In this document: piece after piece, positions 35,992-49,000 of the stretch
Position numbering within the stretch: position 1 is the first letter of the stretch
How the letters are laid out: every line of letters begins with the position of its first letter
Assembly (NCBI GenBank): GCA_047495785.1
Contig: JBLDXI010000032.1
Span: forward strand, 1,550,001 to 1,614,000
DNA: 64,000 bases
Source: Lepidodermella squamata
Taxonomy: Eukaryota; Animalia; Gastrotricha
Direction of reading: 5' to 3'
Program-made: the position numbers and the translations under genes
Notes under the pieces: model-generated
What the model was told of the DNA's origin: nothing
The model's input: the letters and a program-made list of their open reading frames with translations, nothing else
The model's database searches: none

Positions 35992-38131
35992 ATGGACGAA
36001 AGCTCTGCAGCGGTGGCAGAAGCTGCTGTTGAAGAGGTTAGCATAAAGAAGCAGAAACCAATAAAGACACCCAGAGAAAAAGGTGAGTTGAGTTATTTAT
36101 CAAACGAATCTTCTCACCTATTTTCGCAGCTATGAAGTGTTTAAGGCTCCTTCTCATCGCCACCATATCAATATCTGTAATGGCCCTTCTTAGATGGGCT
36201 ATCTTGTACTCGACTCCTAAATATGAGATTGTTTGGCTTAGCACCGATTGTCAGAATGACGCTTGTTCAGCTCGAGCCGCAGCTCTTTCGAATTACATGC
36301 AAAAATACGTTGACCCATGCGAAGATTTCTACGACTACGCTTGCGGAAATTTCGACAGCTCGGCCGATTTCCAACGAACCCAGCCCAAGCCTGCTACAGC
36401 TCAAGAAATTATCGCAGCCCTAGCGAGAGAAAATTTCATCAAATTGCTGCGTAAGTCTCTTCAGATTATATTTAATTTCAGAATGGCGATTTTGCTCTTT
36501 TAGAGGATGATTCGTTTTTCCAGTCTAAAAGCGATCGGAAGTTGCTGCTATTTTACGACACCTGCATAGCGAACACTGACCAAGACCAAATTCATGATCT
36601 AAAAGGAATTGTGACTGAAATGGGTGGATTTGACTCGGCAGCTATTCGTGATCGAAAATCCCTGCAATCTCAACTTGAAAAGCTACTTACTTACACTCGA
36701 GACAGTTTCTTTAAGATGGAGACTTATTTCAATAGTTCATCTCTACGTCCACTAGCTCATCTACAGCCTGGCACAATACAACTCCACGGGGCTAAGGAAA
36801 TCATGGTCTCAAATCACATCCATGCGTTGCTAAGTGGATCTGCTGGGAAATACATCAGTGAAGTTTCAGCTTTGGAGGAAAAACTGCAGAGCTTCAGATC
36901 CACGCCAGCAGGAGGTTACGTTGAAATGCGATTTCAGGATCTTGGCAACTGCTGCACGACTTTCAACTGGTCATCAGTCAGCGACTCCCTGAAGTCGAAA
37001 ATCAATTTCGACCTGAAGTCCGTAACATTTTCCTCCGACTCAAACTTCTGTGGTTATATGAAGAAAACTTGCCAGTATCTCGAACAGGCTCTGATTGAAA
37101 AGGACGGGTCTCTAATTGTCCAGAACTACTTCACATGGAAAGCCGTTTCTGAATACGCGAGAATGCAATCGAACATTCCTGAACATTGCGTCAGAGATGC
37201 AACACGATCTATGCCACTGGTTGTTGCTTCCATCTATAGGAGAGCTTTTTTCAATGAATCGTCAAATCGATCCCTGAAGGATATCGCTCAAGGAATCATC
37301 GACTCATACCGGCGAAAGATTGCGAACTCAAAAACACTCAGCATTATTGCTAGGAAAACAGTTGTAGCCAAGTTGAAGAAACTTACCGTTGAAATATGGC
37401 CGCCTTCATGGACACTGGATGCAGCTAAACTGGATGCATTTACAGATAATTTAGTTATCACCGATCGATCTCACATCGAAAATCTAGTCAGATCTCGTCG
37501 AGTTGAGTTTGGAAACGAGTTGAAGCTGATTTACTCTCGAAGCAGCAGCCTACTCACTGCTTTTGATCCTGATGTTTCCGTCGACGTTAACAATAAAGAC
37601 TCGGTTCAGGTCCCTGTAACTGCGCTGTTGCCACCACTCTTCGATAAAAATTACCCGGAAACTATCAATTATGGAGTAGTAGCGACAGCAATCAGTCAAA
37701 TGGTAACCCGAACCCTATCTGCCAATTTGATTCCAACTGTGAGAAGAGATGAGTATCTTATGGATAGGAAGAAATGCATTCAGGACTTCTACCGCCGAAT
37801 GGGTAAAAAGAATTGCGAAGTCTTGCAAACTGAATTGTCAGTCGAAGAGGACCTCGCTGATGTCGATGGATTGGAGCTGGCTTACGAATTATTCATGAAT
37901 CAAATGGAGGCGAAGCGCTATATAATCAAAACGGAGGATGAGAAAATGTTCTTCACGGCTTATGCTCAGACTCACTGCGATACCAGGCCAAAGGAGGAAA
38001 GGCCTTCTACCCCATCAGCTGGTCGGTATAGAGTAAACGGCCCTCTCGCGCTCAGCAAGGACTTCTCAAGAGTCTTCGAATGCAAGCCTGGCTCGATAAT
38101 GAACCCTACGTCGAAATGTCCAAATCTTTAG
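35992..38131 (+). CDS. M13 family homologue lacking the zinc-binding motif (pseudo-peptidase)
   Basis: Three exons, TM anchor, VDPCEDFYDYACG, NYGVVA followed by SQMVT instead of HExxH. No NAFY motif and no His in the HSP motif. Intact ORF ending FECKPGSIMNPTSKC. Confidence 0.88.
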
Positions 38132-38441
38132 AATGTTTAACATTTTGTTGCTTCATGAAGAGTCCTACTCCGTTACCCAATGCTCCTTTGCATGTGCAGT
38201 AATTTGTTTCGGACGGTTTTGTTTATTGTTATATAGCTGTCGAGTAAAGAGAATAATGATCTAGTCTCGTATCTTCACATGCGTTACAGCGCGTGATTGA
38301 TTGTATAGAGGGGTATTTCTCACGCAAAAAGTTGCAATAGAGTTATGGGAAAATCGCTCAGCAACATTATTAGAATAACCGATGTTGTATAGCGGATTTT
38401 TTGCTCTGTTCAACTAACACTCCTTTTTCTCAATCATCGTC

Positions 38442-40550
38442 ATGATTGAACCATACACATACAGCAAGCGTATCAGCCGTTTAAAACTTGGAGAAAGTGC
38501 TGATCGACCTTACACTCCTGAAGATACTCGAGAGGAGCGTCGATTCGGTAGGCTTTTAAGAGCTCGGAACTAAAAAATTCATAATTTTCCGATTTTCAGT
38601 CATTCGTGCGCTTATTTTCACACTTCTGATTTTATGCAGCCTCTTCGCAATTTCTTTCCTGCCATGGATTATCGCAACTGTTTTTGAATCGCGAACAGTG
38701 CAAGCAGTTTTTAATGGATCAGAGTTCCTCGAGGGTTGCAAAACTGATTCTTGTATCAGCCGCGTGGGTGATATTTTAAGAGCTATGGATACCACAAAAG
38801 ATCCATGTGATAACTTCTACAGCTATGCAGTCGGCAATTATGAGAAACTTGGTCGCGAAAGTGCTAGTGAACTCTTGGAGGCTTCCTTTTTCCAGCTATT
38901 CAGTAAGAGTTTATGGATTATGGCAAAGGATTTTTCATCGTTTTCTTATTGACAGACGATTCTGAAAATTTTCCAGGTGAAGCTGGACAAAAAATGTTTA
39001 ATTATCTTCGAACGTGTGAGACAGCAACCTCGGAATTACTTTTTCAAGGGCTGAATGACATCGCGGTTGAATTTGGTGGAGTGAATAACGCCGAGGCTGT
39101 TTATGGCCAATTTGCCTTCCAAATGCACCTGGAGCACCTGATTAACTTCAGCTTTAATCACATTTTCACATTCTCTTATCTGGATCCGCTGCATGATGAA
39201 ACGCCGAGAGCTGCGATTTTCGAAAACTCAGAGATCAAACTTAATCCGGTTACAATGAAAACCCTGAGTGAAGGAATTGGGCTGAATATTTCATTTTCTG
39301 AATTCGAGGACATTGCTAATCTGGACGAAGCTTTAGTTACACTCTCATCTAATCGCTCGAACGTTACTGATATTGAAATAAGTTTCAAAGAACTTGATCG
39401 TTGCTGTCCCATTTTCAACTGGACGGCGATAGGTGGAGCTATCAGTCAGCGTATTCATTTCGACGTGAACAATGCTACCTTCAACACAACTAGCACATTC
39501 TGCAACAACTTGCAAAAAATCGGCTCTCACCTCGTTACGCAACTTGATAATGCTGAAACAAGAAAAACTCTACAAAATTACTTTATTTTTACTGCTATCG
39601 TTGAAAGCTGGCTAAAAGCAGCTCCATGTCAAAGCTATATTGCTGATTACATGCCTTTAGCAGTCGGTTCTTTCTACCGCAGGCATTTCTTCGAGAATGA
39701 CACAAAACAGTGGTATTTTGATATCGCCAACAACTCAACAGCTTTTTTACGTAGAAGATTCGAATCGACTATTTCAATCAGTAATTTCTCACAAGTGATT
39801 CCTCTAGATCTGAAATTCGAGTTGTGGCCGCCAGATTGGGCGATGAATCTAGATAAGTTGGATGCTTTTCATCGCGATTTGGAAATCAACTCTCATTCTC
39901 CTCTTATCAATAATATAAATCTTAGATTTTTCCATTTCGGTAACGTTCTGAAAGCAATCTATAACAATATTGCAGGCGATCTAGTATCGCCTTTAAATGT
40001 CAACGCCTTTTACGAGGCGTTTGGTGCTAAAAGTATCACTTTCCCCGTTCAAACGTTGTCTCCTCCAATCTATGGCAGCTCATATCCTGTTGCGGTGAAT
40101 TTTGGCTCTGTTGTAAACATTCTTTTCCACGAAATCGCCCACTCCTTTGATGGCGTCTTTACGGCCGACTCAAATGGTACCTTCTGCATCATCGAACATT
40201 ACAATAAGGCTCGCCAGATGCAGTCAGAATCATACATAATGAACCAGGACGCCGTTGAAGAGGACATGGCTGACTTCTTGGCCATTGCTCCGAGTTACTC
40301 ACTGTTTCAAGAGTACACTGAGTTAACCAGAGGAAGTCTTCCAGCAGTCGCCGAAGATCAGCTGTTCTTCATATCTTACGCCTTCATGCGAAGAGATGCC
40401 GGAAATTTCGATTTGTTTGAAAATACTGCTCATTCTCCTGCGAGTGTTCGAACGAATGTACCTCTATCCCACAGCGAGGAGTTTTCTCGCGCATTTAATT
40501 GTCCTATCGGAGCTGCAATGAATTCAAGAACTAAATGTAAAATCTTGTGA
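38442..40550 (+). CDS. M13 family metallopeptidase
   Basis: Three exons; DPCDNFYSYA, VNAFY, HEIAH, EDMAD, HSPASVR, FNCPIGAAMN. Confidence 0.92.
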
Positions 40551-40751
40551 TGAAGAATAAAGAGCTTATATGTCTGATATTGCACTCATCATGTTCAACA
40601 ACCCACGCTTTACTTGCGTGTGAGTAGCGGTGGTTTCTTATCGGTACGAACTGGAGTGTGTGTAGTAGTAATGTAAACTCACAAAAACAACATTCAATGT
40701 ATGCAATCCGCTTTTTTCGTGGCTTTCCCGGTGCGAAGTCTGCGAATAGCA

Positions 40752-42937
40752 ATGGTAACGAGAAAAAAACATGATCAAGACCCGGAGCGAGGAAACGGCG
40801 TCGATAATCGGCTTCTAGCAGATAATCAAGCGATCACAACGAAAATTCGAACAAAGCCATGCACAGGTTGGAATTTTCTTGAATTTTTCTCTAGATTGCT
40901 GACTAATTTCTTTGAAAATTAGCTGGCCGGCTGTGCGTGTTCGCCGCTGTCCTCCTCATCACAATAGTATCAGGAACAATTATTGTATGGGCAATACTAT
41001 ACACCGATGAATCACGTGAAGAACATTCGAAAGAGCGTGAGTTTTTGGCAGGCTGCCAAACCCAAGTCTGTGCCAGTCGAATGAGAGATATGCTGGCTTT
41101 TATGAACGAGTCTGCGGATCCGTGTGAAGATTTTTACGAATACGCTTGCGGCAACTTTGGCGGGGAAAACAAGAACCAACCACCGAAATCAGCTGCAAGT
41201 GATTTTGTGATGAAAGCCCATAAGCAAACCCTCAGACTGCTAGGTAAAATTGTTCGATATTCTTCAAATTATGTTTTATTATTTTAATCAACAGGGGATC
41301 GGTCAATCCTCAAATCGGAAAGTGATCAAAAGTTGAAGAATTTCTTCGATTCCTGTCTTTCAAGTGAAGAGACCTCCAAATCGAGAGACTTGAAGAGGAT
41401 AATAGCAAAAATGGGAGGTTTCAATTCCAAAGCTATCACTGATCGGATCTCATTACAAAGCCAATTCGAACTTCTGATGCATTTCAATATGGATAATTTG
41501 ATCAAGATAGTTGTTCCGTCTCCACTCTCGAAAATGTCAAGCCCTTCAGCTATTTTAACTATCGGAAGCAAGCATACTATGATCCCAGAAGAATTTATAA
41601 CCATCCTGAAAAGACTGGGGGAAGGCAATACCCTCAGCGAGGCAGAAATACGGAGAGCTGTTGTGATGGACATGAAATTGACCACGAATTCAAGCGAAGA
41701 CAACGTTCTGACAACAAAGCTCACCGCATCATTAAAGATATCTGAACTCAACGACTGCTGCTCGTTTTTCAACTGGACATCAATCGCTGAAAAATGGTCG
41801 GCAAGTCTTTATTTCGACTTGACGAATGTGACTTTCAAAGCTAGCACTCAGTTTTGCGCTCAATTATCTGCCCAATGCCAATACGTCGAAACTCAGATGC
41901 AATCTTTGCAAGGACGGGAGAACCTTCAAAATCTGTTTGTCCTGAAAGCACTCGTGGAAGCAACCCGGCTTAAAACAAATCCGCAGCAAAGTGTCTGTCT
42001 ATTGACAATTACGAAATTCCTCCCGATATCAATTGGCTCTCTGTACCGGAGACATCATTTTGATGAAAATGTACTCGGTTTTGTCGAAAAGATCGCCGCA
42101 GAGGCGAGGGAACATCTGCAGCAGAAAATAGCTGAATCAAAGCGTCTAAGCCCCGCTGCTAAAGAATTTCTGACCGATGAAATTCAAAGCTTTAAAATTG
42201 AATTCTGGCCACCGAATTGGGCGTCAAACTCAACAGATATGGATGCGTTCACTAGTCAGCTTTTAATCGACAAGGATTCATTCGTTTACAACTTCATTGA
42301 AGCTAGCAATTTCGCGCTGGGTCGCAAGTTACTGTTCCTTTACTCTGGGTCTGGGGAGATGTTTCCTCCTCTTTCTCCAAACGCAGCTTACGAGGAGCCT
42401 ACCGAGAAAACTCTGACTATATTTATTCCTATTCTGATGGCGCCTTTTCTGGAGTTATCGTACCCAGATGCTGTCAAATTCGGCACAGCTGCAACCCTCC
42501 TGTTCCACGAAATGGCTCATGTTTTCGACTGTCAGCTGAAGCCGCTTGCTTTAAAAAACGATACTTTCCTAATGGAGAGACGTGGGTGCATTATCGATTA
42601 TTACACTCGAATGGGGAAGAGAGACGGCACAACTCTGCTGAGCAAATCAACAGTAGTTGATGATTTGGCTGATTCCCTCAGCATCGGCTTAGCCTTCGAT
42701 TTCTATCGCAAACACAGCTCCAACTCAGCTAGCGACAAGCTATTCTTCATTTCCTATGCACAAACAAAGTGTCGGACGAGGGCGATTGAAAATGTTGACT
42801 GGATCTATTACACCAGCCACTCGCCGCCATTCTACAGAGTCTTGGGCCCTCTGTCTCTGAATCCTGACTTTGCAAGAACATTCAACTGCGCAAAAAACTC
42901 GAGATTAAACCCAGAGAAAAGATGTGAATTACTCTAA
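40752..42937 (+). CDS. M13 family metallopeptidase (third zinc ligand Glu replaced by Asp)
   Basis: Three exons; DPCEDFYEYACG, PNAAY, HEMAH, DDLAD, HSPPFYRV, FNC...LNPEKRC. Confidence 0.92.
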
Positions 42938-42948
42938 ATAAATTTATT
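42937..42948. terminator. Palindromic bidirectional polyadenylation signal AATAAATTTATT
   Basis: AATAAA on + (42937-42942) abuts AATAAA on - (42948-42943), between convergent stops at 42937 and 43006. Confidence 0.6.
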
Positions 42949-43005
42949 TTCAATATCATGAGATCAGGGAATGTTCGTTATATCACAGCAAAATCATGTT
43001 GTTCT

Positions 43006-46000
43006 CTACTTGGTATCGCAGAGTAGGGCAACTCCTCGCATGGTCCAATGATCCGGATCTTTCGCCGTCTTCAGTTGAAGAGGGAAGATATAAGTCAAGT
43101 CGGTACGACGTGGTTTTTTGTACACTGGACAGTCGTAGAAATTGCTTGATTTAGGCTTATTCTCCGCGTTTACAGCGTAGACCCAGATCACAGGCATCAT
43201 TGTGTACAGTACTTTAGGAGGCGGTTCGACCAGGCGAGAATTGCGCCTGTCCCAACCGGCTCCCTCCAAATAAAGCCCGTAGATGTAAACACCCTCTTGC
43301 GGGCCGTGGTTGACATCCTCTTTACTAAGCTTAGTGACTTCATTCGCTAGAACTACAGCATCAAGAGCCCAGCCTTTGTGAGCTCGGGCGATTTCCTGCC
43401 TCATAGCGGTTAAGAAACCCTGTGGGTTGAAGAAACCAGTCAACCAGAAAGTATCAGGCCGTTCGTTCATAACCCAAGTCGAAAACTGCGTGTTACGGTC
43501 AAGTAGGTCTGTAAACCAGAAACCCAGGGTAGCCGAGTCCCAGGACACCCTCTTCCACCCAGCTGGGATTCGGGCATCATACAACGCATCTAACGCATCC
43601 TTCAACGACTCATTCATGATGATAGTACCATCAATCGCGAGTTTCAAGTCCGTTAGGGTGGTTCGGACGGCTGAAATTACGCGTTGCATACGCGCAAGCT
43701 CTTGTCGCAGGAAAATGTTGAGGGGCTGCAGGTGGCCGAGTTTTTTCAGCCTCTCCTTAATCTCGTGCGGGTTGTAGTCCGGCGGCAGCTTGCCCAACAT
43801 GTCATCCGCAAGGCGATACACGGTCGCCTCTCGAGTCTCCCCTGTTCCAGAGCCAGCATCTTTCGGCTGGATGGACATGATTGTCGATAACATCGAGTTG
43901 GCTGTGTTGGTTTGGTAGATGATATCGGCGTTTGTATGCAGGCCGAAACACTCGGGTGAGTCATTGGTCGCCATAGCTTCGATGGAAGCCCGGTACTCGT
44001 CGAGTAGTCGGCACCTTGGGATCTTGTAACCCTTGCCGAATTCGAAGGTGTCCTGGAAAATCGCATCTCTAAACCAGACCCGGGCGTATGTATTAAGGAG
44101 GCGCTTGTCGTAGTCGTCAGTAACACGACCGCCATACTGCACCTCGCCAATCATGTAGGCAACAGTTGACCACGAGACGCCCTTCTTCGGATCCATGTCA
44201 TCCAGATGATTCTGCACGAATTGAACGGTAGAAGTGAAATCGGCCTGGTTGAACTCGTAGGGTATGTTCCAACCAATCGGGCCGAACTTACGCCGCTCCT
44301 GCACGGCAGTGTGCAGGAAAGCGACTGCGTACAACATCGGACGCCACTGGAACGCATTCGTGTAGTCGATAAGTTCCTGGGTCAAGCCGCCATACGTGCG
44401 TTTCAACCCAGCCTTAACGCCCTGGGGAGGTTCGTTGGTGAATTTGATCGAAGTCTGCAGTAAATTGATCGGGAATTGCGGGTGGGGTTCAGTGGTAACC
44501 CAACAACGGAAATCTGCATGGATCTGAGGGGTGTCGGTAATTGTGTCCAGCAACTCGTCCATAAAGGCTAGACCTAAATGGCAGTTCTGGAACAGTACCC
44601 AACGCCCTTCATACATGCCCTGCTGCAGCAACCGTCTCGCATGAACCTCCTGGCCCTGTCCCATTGAAATCGCGTTAGTTTTCACGTTCAGTTTTTTGCC
44701 GAGTTTATCAATGTCCTCAGTAGGATCCGCGCCGGTTGATAGGAAAGAGATCATCGGAATCCTGTTGGTTGATTCCTCCCACATTGCCTCCCAGTTGAGG
44801 ATTACAGGCTCGGCGAATGAGTCGCCCAACGCCTCGGCAACGTACTTCCTCGCCATCGGAGCTGTTCGATCCGGGCACCAACTTCGAACCAACAAAAGTT
44901 TGTACCACGTCCCCAGGCTTGAATAGCCATCCGGAATCGCAGCCTCCTCCGGCGCCTCGGAGTCGAACCACGCCTTCCAAGCCTTGTCGTTATCAGCAAC
45001 CTGCTTCAAAATGTTGGAAAACTGAAGCAAATGCGAAAGCTCGACCAGGTTCAACCACGTCATGTCCGTTATCCATTTTTTAGGCTTCGGATCGACAGCG
45101 TTAAGATCCAAGGCGGCGCCACCTTTGATAAACACCTGAAACTCCTCGGGTCTGATCTGTTTCTGCTGGAGCTGAACCTTCACCGCCATTTGCAGGGTGA
45201 ACATGAACTTATCTCTCTCGTACAACCCACGGCACGTGTATTTGAAAACATCAAACGTCAAATAATCGATGATATTTTGAATTCGCTTGTTGGTATACGG
45301 CGATTTTGCAGATTTCGCCATTGAATTGTCGAAAATCCCCAAGAATTGCTTCAGCGATGTTTGGTACATACTGTTCACCATCGACATTTCAACAATCAAG
45401 AAGTACAGAATTGAACCTCGAGCTGCAACAGGTCGGAACTCTTCTCGAGCTGAAGTGATTTGAATTTCAGTTTCGCCAGCGACTCGAAGCTTTTCTTTAA
45501 CCTCCTCCGCAGTTGATTTAGTGGTGTACAACACTTCGATAAGCTTATCATCGTCGACTAGGGAGCCTTCAGTACTTGTCAGTCGGTACAAAAGGTTATC
45601 TTCAAGTTCCTTCATCTTCTTTTTGTTAGCCATAACATCCTCCACGAGTTCTTTCCTCGCCTGCTCCAAATCAGCTTTTTCCGTCACGATTACAATGCTG
45701 AGAAGTTGGTCTTCTAAACCACGCATTGTGACCGTGAAATCGATAATCGCGGTCCTGGCAGCGATTTCAGGTCGGTAAGCAGGGTTCGCCATTTTTGTGG
45801 TGATGTACAGCCGGAAACCTTCAGCTAAATCAACCTCTTTATCGCCGAGTTTCACCTTCATACGACTGCCTTGACGGATGAAATTCTTCTCAAGCACATT
45901 GTCCAAAACTGGGTCAAGTTCCTCGGCGATATCTTCAATCAGCAGAGGACGTCCGAGGCTGAGGCAATCTTCAAGGTGTTGCCTGAAGAATTTGTGGTTC

Positions 46001-49000
46001 AAAGTCGTGATCTGAAGGTCTTTTCCATTCTCGCGGTTCTTAATCCAAGTTTTACCCTGGCCTTGAGGATCGATAAGCAGCGGGTAACGCGAGGCCTTCG
46101 TGACAATAAGACCGTTCTGCGTTGATAACTCATCATTTGGCAGGCCCTGAAGATTCCACTCGCCAATGACTGCCGGGTCGACCAGCATCTGCGAAAAAAT
46201 TGATTATTAAAAAGTCCTCCTTAAAAAAACAGAAAAGTTACGTCGATAATTTTCAAATCTTCTGTAAATGGGATTTTGTTTGTAGACATTTCTCGCTTCC
46301 ATTTTCTTATCAGAAGAGTTCGAAATTCTTGATTGAACGGCCCGGCGTATGACAAAAAGCCAGTGCAGAGGAGGACATCGCCGACGAGTCGATGAATTTG
46401 CGATTCGAATTGCCGGCTAGCCTCGGTCCAGCGAATCTTCTCACCGGCCAGACCGTCGATTAGCAACATGGCGTTGTTCATTTTCCGCCGGCACGCTTCA
46501 GCATCTTCAATCAACGCCTGTTTCTTCGCCATAGCTGCGTTGTACAGCGCCATTACAGCGTCGAGTTCACGCTGTTTCTCATCCAACTGGCCCTGGGCGA
46601 TTTTCAATTTCTTCTCAGCATCGCCGAGACGAGCTTCTTGGATGATGAGATTCGCTTTCAGGGGCAAGACTTCTTTGTTGATTCCGAAAAATGTCGCCAT
46701 AGCCTTTGTCCAGGAGCAGAGACCGGCTACGTCACCGCAGACCTTTTTCGCGGTTTCATAGTTGTAGTCTTCCATGTCGAATATGGGCAGCATCAGCTCG
46801 ACAGTTTCGTCGTTGATCGTATCCTTCGGGAAGTTCAATAGACCGGGTAAGAAAGCTCCACTCATCAGACGAAGGGCTTCGTTCCAAGATGGCTTCATGC
46901 ACGGTCTTTCCGGGTCTTGAACAGGCGGGTCCAAGTGACGTTGGAAAAGTAGCAAGACACAATCCATAATTCTGAAAAAATTCAAAATTTCATTAAAAGG
47001 CTGGTAAATTAGAAAATAACGCATTTCTTCAACCAAATTGTTGTACGAAAATTATATGCATTTTTCAAATTTTTTTAATTGTTGTCTATGAGGTGTCCAA
47101 ATTTAAGCCGATTTTATAAAAAAAAAATTGTAAATTCAAGTTTAAATTTGGCTTTTTAAAAATTTGGCAAACCGATTTCAAATTTTAAAATCTCTTAAAA
47201 TTTCAAATTAAAATTTCACCTGAAAATTAACAAATTAAAATTAAAATTTCTCCTGAAAATTAAAAAGTTAAAATTAAAATTTCTCCTGAAAATTAAAAAA
47301 TTAAAATTTTACCTCATGATGAGATGAGGCGGTTTGCCCAGTTTTTTGACCGTAGCAATGTGGGCTGGTTTGATGGTCAGCAGCGCAGCCTCGGCTTCCG
47401 CCAATGCCGGTTTAGCAGCCTCGAGTTTCCCCTCGGCGATTTTTTTATCGGCCATAATAACATCGTAAAGACCCTGCGCCTTGTCCTTAACGACCTGGAC
47501 CTGCTTCTTCACAGACTCAGCGGCTTGTGCTGAAACTGTCACATCAGCCAACACCTTATCAGCCTCAGCCGAGGCGATAGCCAGGTCCTTTTCCTTGACA
47601 ACGAGTAATTTCGAGAGTTCGTTAACAGAAACCGTGGCTTCGACAAGTTTCTGGAGACCAGTGTTCATTCTAGCGGCTAATTCACCGATTTCGCCCCGTT
47701 TTTGCGCGTAGATTTGTTTGTACCCGGCAATAAAGCTGAGATACGACTTCGGGGTAACACTGGTTTGACGGCGGAATCTTTCGAAGTACTCCGTGCAGAT
47801 ATCAGCGACTAAATCCTGAAACTCGCCCATAACAGCCATAACTGACTGTTTAACAGCCGGTGTGCAGGCGATGTCGAAATCTGCGAGGAAATGCCGGGAT
47901 ACAGCCTGCAACGCGTCTTTCGGCCACCGCTGGAACCAGTCGACCGTACAACCGGAAATCAGGGCCGGAAATTTCAACGCACGAGATCGGAATTTCTCGC
48001 CAACAGGGCTGAAGCACAGCACGACGTGAAGGTTAGTCCTAACGCGGCTCAGGTAGTAATCGTAGAGATTTTCGGGGGTAGGCGGCCGGCGGGGGTATTG
48101 CTTCTTCATAATAGGTATCAACTCGCCCATAATTTCATCCATTTCATCTCGAGCGAATAGATTCGAAACCTCCCCGGACGCTAGTACGTTGTTCATGTAC
48201 TCAAGGAATGACTCATCCTTGATTTCGTTATCAGTAAAAACGAAGGTGATACCCTTGCCCTCGAGGCCAGCTGTTCGGAATAGGTATTTGAGGTCTTCCA
48301 TAAGGTTCGATACGATATAGGATCGATGTAGGGTGATTTGGAAGGTCTTGTAGCCGGCGATGAACGATGCTAGCCTGGTTAAGGACTGTTTCCCTGAACC
48401 GCCGACACCGACTAATAGGGCATTACCCCTCGGCGTTCGGATGATTCGTGAGATTTTCAACAGATGAGTCATCGCGTCTTTGAAGAATACAAGGTCCATA
48501 TTAGCGCCTCGAACAGCTTCGTTGTACTGCTCCATGAACATGTGGAGGCGAGCTTCAAGGGCATCGAGAGACGCGATGGGTTCGTAGATTTTCGGCGCCT
48601 CGAAATCAGCATCGTCCGCCTCTTCACCCGTCGCCTCAGGGGCGTCTCGCATGAAATCGACGAAGAGCGGCTCGGCCGGGATGAGCGCTACAGCCGACGC
48701 GCCGCAGTCCTCCTCAATAACTTGTTTAATCGCCTTTTCGAACCAGTCCTTGTCCTGTTGGATGGTGAAGCGGTCGGAAATGACGCGGCAACACTCGTGC
48801 TTCCACAGGCCTAACGCCGCTGTCGGCGAGTGGACAACCTCCGCGATAGTATTCAACATGCCCTGCCAGATTCGAGACAAATCTCGAAGGTTGAAAACGT
48901 AGTGGAACTTGGCCGGGGTTGGCAGCATTCGAATTTTAACGCGCTGCCACAATTTACGCGTCGCTGGTACCAGTTGCTTAATCATCTCGATAACAGGCGC

